Shown here piece by piece: positions 58,052-64,000 of a stretch of DNA of 64,000 bases. Each line of letters opens with the position of its first letter. The first letter of the stretch is position 1. Under the pieces are notes generated by a model, which saw only the letters and a list, made by a program, of their open reading frames with translations, was not told where the DNA came from and ran no database searches. This DNA comes from Luteolibacter sp. Lineage in GTDB: Bacteria > Verrucomicrobiota > Verrucomicrobiia > Verrucomicrobiales > Akkermansiaceae. The stretch is taken from NCBI GenBank assembly GCA_030828305.1, contig JAURCU010000001.1, positions 2,820 to 66,819 of the forward strand, given 5' to 3'. The translations under genes and the position numbers were made by a program.

Positions 58052-58864
58052 TCAGGACTCCCAACTCGGCAGGCCGAGTTGTTCGGGCAGGGCCGTGCGG
58101 GGCCGCATCGTCAGCACTTCGGGTTCTCCATCGGTGACCAGCACCGTGTGCTCAAAGTGGGCGGAAGGTTTGCGGTCGCCAGTCACCACTGTCCAGCCGT
58201 CGTCAAGAATGCGCACGGCAGCGACGCCGGCGTTGACCATCGGCTCAATGGCCAGAGTCATGCCGGGTTGTAGGATGGGAGTTCTGCCGAAGGGCCGGTA
58301 ATTTGGAACCTGGGGTTCCTCGTGCAGATTGCGACCCACGCCATGGCCGACGAAATCACGCACGATGCTAAATCCAAGCGGCGCTACAAAAGCTTCCACA
58401 GCAGCACAAAGATCGGCCAGAGGCTCGCCGGCAAGGGCATGATCGATCGCGCGAAATAGAGACTCTTCGGTGGCAGCCAGCAGGCGCTTGGTTTCCATCG
58501 GGATATCGCCGATTGCCACAGTAGTTGCATTGTCACCAATGAAGCCGTTCTTAACGATACCCACATCAATACTGATGATGTCGCCAGGCATGATCTTACG
58601 GGCACTGCCTATGCCGTGAACCACTTCCTCGTTGACCGAAATGCAAGTATAGGCAGGAAAACCGCGATAGCCCAAGAAAGCACTCTTGCAGTCATGCTCC
58701 TCCATGAGTTTGGCCGCAAGTTGGTCAATCTCGGCTGTCGTCTTTCCCGGTGATGCGGCGGCGGCCACCGTCTGTAGGATGGTGGAAGCAATATGACCCG
58801 CTTCCCGCATCGCTTCAATCTCGCGCGGTGATTTGATGGGGATGCGGGATTTGCGTTTTGCCAC
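58052..58864 (-). CDS. map: Methionine aminopeptidase type I
   Basis: CISVNEEVVHG, DIISIDVG, GDNA, GHGVG..LHEEP, IEPM, AHFEHT. Confidence 0.97.
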   Translation of the reverse strand: MAKRKSRIPIKSPREIEAMREAGHIASTILQTVAAAASPGKTTAEIDQLAAKLMEEHDCKSAFLGYRGFPAYTCISVNEEVVHGIGSARKIMPGDIISIDVGIVKNGFIGDNATTVAIGDIPMETKRLLAATEESLFRAIDHALAGEPLADLCAAVEAFVAPLGFSIVRDFVGHGVGRNLHEEPQVPNYRPFGRTPILQPGMTLAIEPMVNAGVAAVRILDDGWTVVTGDRKPSAHFEHTVLVTDGEPEVLTMRPRTALPEQLGLPSWES

Positions 58865-58896
58865 GGTTAATTTGGGGTCTGTGTTACGAAAGAGCT

Positions 58897-59565
58897 TCAG
58901 GATAGCGACTTAAGAGCCGCCAGCAATTGGCCAGTCACTTCATCGCGTGGGCGGGTGGCATCGCAAGCACAAAGAATTCCGGCTTGTAGGTAGCTTTCCA
59001 CCAGGGGTTTCGCGTAATTTTCGTATGCCTGATGACGGCTGAGAAAGTTTTCGAGAGTATCATCGCCGCGGGTCTCTGCCATTTCTCCACATTCGGGACA
59101 GGCTCCACCAGTCAACTCAGCCCGGCCCCCGGACCAACGGCAACCCGGACACTCCACGCGTCCCTCTATGCGGTCTTTGAGAATTTCAATTGGGGCTTTC
59201 AGAAAGACTGCGGCGTCGAGTTTTTGGCTACGCTCACCGAGCCACTGCTGGAGGAAGTCGGCCTGAGCCTGGCTGCGTGGAAAGCCATCCAGAATCCAGC
59301 CTTTCCCGGAATTCTCGAGCCACTGCTCGACAATCTCACACATGCAGGAGTCGGGCAGGTAGCCTCCATGATTGAGAATGGGGCCTGCCATCCTGCCGAT
59401 CGCGGTGCCATTCTCCATGTGCTCGCGAAGCAGTGCCCCCGTGCTCAGGTAGCGCAGACCCAGCTTGTCGGCGATGCGCCGCGCTTGAGTGCCCTTGCCG
59501 CTGGCAGGCGGCCCGATCATGACCAGCCTCAAGACACAGCTGGCTTGCTCGCCCGTGGTGTCCAA
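58897..59565 (-). CDS. adk: Adenylate kinase with Cys4 LID
   Basis: GPPASGKGTQA, STGALLR, ILDGFPRS, LID CPGC...CPEC, RGDD. Position between secY and map. Confidence 0.9.
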   Translation of the reverse strand: MDTTGEQASCVLRLVMIGPPASGKGTQARRIADKLGLRYLSTGALLREHMENGTAIGRMAGPILNHGGYLPDSCMCEIVEQWLENSGKGWILDGFPRSQAQADFLQQWLGERSQKLDAAVFLKAPIEILKDRIEGRVECPGCRWSGGRAELTGGACPECGEMAETRGDDTLENFLSRHQAYENYAKPLVESYLQAGILCACDATRPRDEVTGQLLAALKSLS

Positions 59566-59574
59566 GGCTTCGAC

Positions 59575-61065
59575 TTACTTGTAAATGGAGGCCGTGATCG
59601 CAATGATGATCAGCGCCGCAATCAACACCCACAGATAGAGCAATGCCCCTCGGGCACCGGCAGTGGATGCGTTCTGGCTGAGTCGCTCGTAGCGGCCCTT
59701 GAGCTTACCTTTTCGAAGGAAGCCATCGTACTGTTTCTGCAGCAATTGGGTCTCGACCTGACGCATCACATCCAGAACCACGCCGACCATAATAAGCAGT
59801 GATGTGCCACCAAAGAACTGGAGCACCAGCGATCCCGGAGGCAGCCCAACCAGCATGCCGACAAAGACCGGCAGACAGAACAGGGCGGTCAGGAAGATGG
59901 CACCGGCAAAGGTCAGGCGCGTCATGGTAAAGTCGAGGAAATCGGCAGTGGGCTTGCCGGGGCGCACACCGGGGATGTAGCCGCCATTGCGCTTGAGGTC
60001 CTCTGAAATCTGGGAAGGTTGGAACATCATGGCGACCCAGAAGTAGGAGAAAAGGAAGATGCCTATACCACCAAGAATATAATACCAGGTGCCACCGCCG
60101 ACGAGCTCCCCATACAATTTGGTGGCCCAGGCTTGGTCGGCAAAGAGCCAGTTGAGCATCAGTGGTGGCAGGCCGAGCACGGCCGAGGCAAAAATGATGG
60201 GCATCACGCCCGCATAGTTCACCTTGAGCGGCAGATACTGGGTCTGACCACCCATCTGCTTGCGGCCAACCACGCGCTTGGCGTATTGCACCGCGATACG
60301 GCGCTGGCCTTGGGTGATGGCAATGGTGGCTGCGATCACGATCAACAGCAAAGCAATCATGACAACCATCATGATGCCGCTGAAGGCGCTGTCTGCGGAG
60401 ACGAAATATTTCCAAGCCTGGATCAAAGCGCCCGGCAGCGCGGAGATGATGTTGACCGTGATGATGATGGAAACTCCGTTACCGATTCCCTTTTCGGTCA
60501 TCTGGTCACCGATCCACATCAGAAACATGGTGCCCGCAACGATGGTCAGCACAGTGATGGCCATCCATTGGAAACTGGGGTCAGGAACCAGTTTGCCGTA
60601 GTCCTCGATACCGCTGAGGTAGGGAATTCCAGCAGGATTCTTGAGCGTACGGGCCACGAAGACGCCCTGCACGAAGGCAATCGCGATGGTGATGTAGCGC
60701 GTGTATTGGGTAATCTTCTGGCGTCCTCCATCTTCACGCGCCAGACGCGAAAGCTTGGGCACCACGGCGGTCATCAACTGCACCATGATCGAGGCCGAGA
60801 TGTAGGGCATGATACCCAAAGCAAAGATGCCGGCCTGCTGCAAGCCACCGCCGGCAAACACATTGAGCAGCGCGACTACACCCCCAGCCGGATTGGTCGG
60901 ATCCTGATTTTTCATGTCATCCATGAAGGCATTGATCACGGCGGGATTGACTCCCGGCAGGGTCACATGAACACCCAGACGAACAATAATGATGAGAGCC
61001 AGGGTGAAGAGGATGCGGTCCCTGAGTTCAGGGATTTTCCAAGTGTTGGCGAAAGCTGAAATCAT
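59575..61065 (-). CDS. secY: Preprotein translocase subunit SecY
   Basis: FALGIMPYISASI, GIGNGVSIII, YLPLKVNYAGVMPIIFAS, GGYIPGVRPG, GGTSLLIMVGV. Start placed at MISAFANTW. Confidence 0.98.
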   Translation of the reverse strand: MISAFANTWKIPELRDRILFTLALIIIVRLGVHVTLPGVNPAVINAFMDDMKNQDPTNPAGGVVALLNVFAGGGLQQAGIFALGIMPYISASIMVQLMTAVVPKLSRLAREDGGRQKITQYTRYITIAIAFVQGVFVARTLKNPAGIPYLSGIEDYGKLVPDPSFQWMAITVLTIVAGTMFLMWIGDQMTEKGIGNGVSIIITVNIISALPGALIQAWKYFVSADSAFSGIMMVVMIALLLIVIAATIAITQGQRRIAVQYAKRVVGRKQMGGQTQYLPLKVNYAGVMPIIFASAVLGLPPLMLNWLFADQAWATKLYGELVGGGTWYYILGGIGIFLFSYFWVAMMFQPSQISEDLKRNGGYIPGVRPGKPTADFLDFTMTRLTFAGAIFLTALFCLPVFVGMLVGLPPGSLVLQFFGGTSLLIMVGVVLDVMRQVETQLLQKQYDGFLRKGKLKGRYERLSQNASTAGARGALLYLWVLIAALIIIAITASIYK

Positions 61066-61190
61066 GGTCGGAATTTGGGAAAAGCTGGCAAGCAGTGAGA
61101 GAATGGAAGTGACGGGCAGACACGACGAGCAAGCACCGAAGCGCTTCCTCTGCAATCAGGATTTGGAAGGCGGGGCGGTTGCGGGAGGGC

Positions 61191-61637
61191 TCAGTCCTCC
61201 TTGATGCTACCACCGGCCTTCTCGATCTTCTCGCGAGCGGAAGCACTGACCTTGTCCACCTGGATGGTGAAGGCCTTCTCCACTTCACCGTCACCGAGAA
61301 GCTTGACCTTGTCGCAGCGACCGTTAAGCAAGCCACTCTCGCGCAAGGACTCCTCGTTGATCACGGCACCCGCTTCAAAGCGGCCGTCGAGATCACCGAC
61401 GTTGACCACCCCGAATACATCGCGGAAATCGTAGTTGTTGAAGCCGCGCTTGGGGAGCCGGCGATGCAGCGGCATCTGGCCACCCTCGAAACCGACGCGG
61501 GTGCCGCTGCCGGAACGGGCTTTCTGACCCTTGTGTCCTTTGCAGGAGGTCTTGCCGTGTCCGGAGCTCTCGCCGCAGCCTAGACGCTTGACGCGTTTCT
61601 TGGCGCCGGGGTTGGGGCTGTAATTGTGCAGTGTCAT
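61191..61637 (-). CDS. rplO: 50S ribosomal protein L15
   Basis: GKTSCKGHKGQKARSG, GFEGGQMPLHRRLPKRGF, SAREKIEKAGG. Confidence 0.98.
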   Translation of the reverse strand: MTLHNYSPNPGAKKRVKRLGCGESSGHGKTSCKGHKGQKARSGSGTRVGFEGGQMPLHRRLPKRGFNNYDFRDVFGVVNVGDLDGRFEAGAVINEESLRESGLLNGRCDKVKLLGDGEVEKAFTIQVDKVSASAREKIEKAGGSIKED

Positions 61638-61674
61638 GATGATGATGCGTTAATGATGATTCTGTTGGAGAGAC

Positions 61675-62388
61675 TCAGATCGCCTTCTCTTTCTTCTTCT
61701 TGCCGCGAAGACCCATGATCTGGTCGCGGGTGCGCAGTTGGGAGAGCGCCTTGATGGTAGCCTTAACCACGTTGGCATGGTTGGAGGAGCCCATCGACTT
61801 GCCAAGCACGTCGCGAATGCCTACGGCCTCGCAGACAGCTCGGACACCGCCACCTGCAATAATTCCAGTACCGGGAGAGGCAGGCTTGAGCAGCACCTTA
61901 CCACCACCGAATTCGGCATAGATTTCGTGCGGAATGGTGCCGTCGGCGAGATTCATTGGCTCGAGGCACTTGCGGGCCGCTTCACTGGCCTTGCGGATGC
62001 AGTCGGCAACCTCGTTGGCCTTGCCGAAACCGAGGCCCACCTTGCCCTGTTTGTTGCCCGAGACGACCAGCGCGGAGAAGCTGAAGCGACGTCCGCCCTT
62101 CACGACCTTGGCGCAGCGGTTGATGAAGACCACCTTCTCGGCGAGTTCATTGCCTTCGGCGTCAGTTGGAGACTGGCGCTCGTCGCGACGGGGGCCGCGG
62201 GGAGCACGCTCGCGCTTGGCAGCAAAGGATTTCGCCTGTTCTTCGGCAGCGGCCGGGGAAGGCCCCTCTTCGGATCTGGCTTCTGCGGCGGGCGCTGCTG
62301 CCTCAGGAGCAGCTGGCTCGGCGGCAGTTTCGGCAGCCTTATCTTCGGGAGTTTCAGCGGGGGTTTCGTTGTCTGTGGTAGTTACCAT
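61675..62388 (-). CDS. rpsE: 30S ribosomal protein S5 with long acidic N-terminal extension
   Basis: [39 protein letters not shown]. Confidence 0.98.
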   Translation of the reverse strand: MVTTTDNETPAETPEDKAAETAAEPAAPEAAAPAAEARSEEGPSPAAAEEQAKSFAAKRERAPRGPRRDERQSPTDAEGNELAEKVVFINRCAKVVKGGRRFSFSALVVSGNKQGKVGLGFGKANEVADCIRKASEAARKCLEPMNLADGTIPHEIYAEFGGGKVLLKPASPGTGIIAGGGVRAVCEAVGIRDVLGKSMGSSNHANVVKATIKALSQLRTRDQIMGLRGKKKKEKAI

Positions 62389-62407
62389 GATGGGAAAAGG
62401 TCAGTGC

Positions 62408-62764
62408 TTAGAATTGAAGGCCGGCTTCACGGGCGGCATCGGCGAGGGCCTTGACCTTGCCGTGATAGAGGTGACCGCCACGGTCGAAGACCACGACACT
62501 GATTTTGGAGCCTTGGGCACGCTCGGCGAGGAGCTTGCCGACTTTTTGGGCACTTTCGATGTTGGAGGAAGCCTTCTCGAATTCCTTGTCCATGGTGGAC
62601 GCGGCCACGAGGGTCCTGCCTTCGACATCGTCGATGACCTGGGCGGTGATGTGTTGGTTCGAGAAGTGAACCGCGAGACGTGGGCGCTCGGCAGTACCAC
62701 TGACCTTGCGCCGGATGCGTTTGTGGATCCGTTGGCGGATCGACTTGCGTTTGATGATGCTCAT
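62408..62764 (-). CDS. rplR: 50S ribosomal protein L18
   Basis: [43 protein letters not shown]. Confidence 0.98.
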   Translation of the reverse strand: MSIIKRKSIRQRIHKRIRRKVSGTAERPRLAVHFSNQHITAQVIDDVEGRTLVAASTMDKEFEKASSNIESAQKVGKLLAERAQGSKISVVVFDRGGHLYHGKVKALADAAREAGLQF

Positions 62765-62784
62765 GTTGGCGAAATGGTTGGGGG

Positions 62785-63324
62785 TTATTTACCGACGCTC
62801 TTGCCTTCCTTGCGGCGGACATATTCGTCTGAATAGCGGACGCCCTTGCCCTTGTAGGGTTCGGGTGGATAATAGCTGCGAACCTCGGCGGCGAACTGAC
62901 CGACAAGTTGCTTGTCGATGCCTTCCACCTTGATCTTGGTGTTCTCGTTGACGGTAACCGTCAGACCATCGGGGATGGGGTGCAGCAATGGATGAGAGAA
63001 GCCAAGCGACAGGTCAAGATCCTTGCCCTTGACCGCAGCGCGCATACCCACGCCGTGGATTTCAAGGTCCTTGGAGAAGCCTTCGGAGACTCCCTGAATC
63101 ATGTTGCTGACCAGACTGCGGCAGGTGCCGTGGAGGGCGCGATGCTCGCGCTTCTCGGTGGCACGCTCAAGGACGACCTGGCCATCCTCCTGCTTGATGG
63201 AGATTCCTGCAGGCAGAGTGAACTTGAGTTCGCCCTTGGATCCTTTGACAGTGACTTTGGCACCCTCAATCTTGATCTCGACCTTATCGGGAACAGCGAT
63301 GGGTTTGATACCGACTCGTGACAT
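62785..63324 (-). CDS. rplF: 50S ribosomal protein L6
   Basis: [26 protein letters not shown]. Confidence 0.98.
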   Translation of the reverse strand: MSRVGIKPIAVPDKVEIKIEGAKVTVKGSKGELKFTLPAGISIKQEDGQVVLERATEKREHRALHGTCRSLVSNMIQGVSEGFSKDLEIHGVGMRAAVKGKDLDLSLGFSHPLLHPIPDGLTVTVNENTKIKVEGIDKQLVGQFAAEVRSYYPPEPYKGKGVRYSDEYVRRKEGKSVGK

Positions 63325-63354
63325 GGTGATGTTTCCTTTCTGGGTGGATTGGGA

Positions 63355-63750
63355 TTACCAGACGTAAGCGAGGAGTTCGCCGCCGAGTTTCTGCCGCTTG
63401 GCACTGCCACCGGACATCACACCTTTCGAGGTCGAAAGAATGGCGATGCCGAGGCCCGACATAACACGCGGGATGTCTCCGGAGCCAACGTAGTGACGGC
63501 GACCGGGTCGAGATACGCGCTTGAGATCGGTCAGCACCGCACGGCCATCCACATAGCGCGGCTTGACCTGAATTTCGGTGATGCTGCCGGTGACGACTTC
63601 ATATTTCCATATGTAGCCCTCTTCCTGCAGGATCTTGGCAATGTCTGCCTTGATGCGGGAATGCGGGACGTTGAATTCCTCCTTGCCGGCACGGGCAGCG
63701 TTTTTGAAACGCGTGAGGAAATCGGAAATGGGATCGGTGAGAACTGCCAT
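63355..63750 (-). CDS. rpsH: 30S ribosomal protein S8
   Basis: TDPISDFLTR, EEGYI, RVSRPGRR.Y, ILSTSKGV, GGELLAYVW. Confidence 0.98.
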   Translation of the reverse strand: MAVLTDPISDFLTRFKNAARAGKEEFNVPHSRIKADIAKILQEEGYIWKYEVVTGSITEIQVKPRYVDGRAVLTDLKRVSRPGRRHYVGSGDIPRVMSGLGIAILSTSKGVMSGGSAKRQKLGGELLAYVW

Positions 63751-63779
63751 AATCTTGGGAGGGTTAAAATGTTCGTGGT

Positions 63780-64000
63780 TTATGCGGTAGCGGCCTGAGT
63801 TTCGCTGGCCTTCTTGAGGTCACGGAACGGCATGCCCAACTCACTGAGGAGCGCACGGCCTTCGGCGTCTGTGTTGGCAGTGGTGACAACGATCATGTCA
63901 AAGCCGATCTGGCGCTTGATCTGATCGAGTTCGATTTCCGGGAAGATCGACTGGTCCGCAATTCCGAGGGCGTAGTTGCCACGGCCATCGAAAGACTTGG
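63780..64000 (-). CDS. rplE: 50S ribosomal protein L5, 3' part only (cut by the window edge)
   Basis: My translation of the minus strand from 63998: [41 protein letters not shown]...[13 protein letters not shown]...stop. Confidence 0.96.
   Translation of the reverse strand, partial: KSFDGRGNYALGIADQSIFPEIELDQIKRQIGFDMIVVTTANTDAEGRALLSELGMPFRDLKKASETQAATA

Noticed and set aside
1-64000. CRISPR arrays, IS elements, integrases, prophage or defence genes, including an island at tRNA-His
   Set aside because: No regularly spaced direct repeats or such genes were seen; tRNA-His is flanked by tyrS and rnc with no duplicated 3' end noticed.

Overview
A 64 kb, GC-rich, gene-dense stretch of bacterial chromosome. 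Gene content points to the PVC superphylum, most likely Verrucomicrobia: DUF1549/DUF1553 + DUF1501 pair, double-length UvrA, MoxR-DUF58-BatA cluster, DUF1080 proteins, no rpmD in the spc operon. It is mostly core genome: the spc operon 3' half (rplE-rpsH-rplF-rplR-rpsE-rplO-secY-adk-map), a separate rpsM-rpsK-rpsD unit, tyrS, tRNA-His, rnc, ilvD, folC, lpdA, thiL, mutS, uvrA, cstA, plus sugar-use genes (xylA, GH95, Gfo/Idh/MocA + DUF1080). I saw no transposase, integrase, prophage gene, rRNA or CRISPR array. The strongest candidate for an undescribed system is a tandem pair upstream of uvrA and a SEL1-repeat gene: a membrane pseudokinase that has lost HRD, DFG and the Gly-loop but carries two external C-type-lectin-like domains, followed by a paralogous intact Ser/Thr kinase with almost no external domain. 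Other notable items: mutS split by a single-base frameshift; a hidden, frameshifted Cys-rich small membrane/lipoprotein gene at 29.2-29.6 kb; two hairpins with identical stems in inverted orientation around an unexplained 450 bp spacer; a tandem double DUF481-like barrel; and a secreted protein with an NNGHGNN...DDE tail. All family names come from motif recognition by eye, not database searches.
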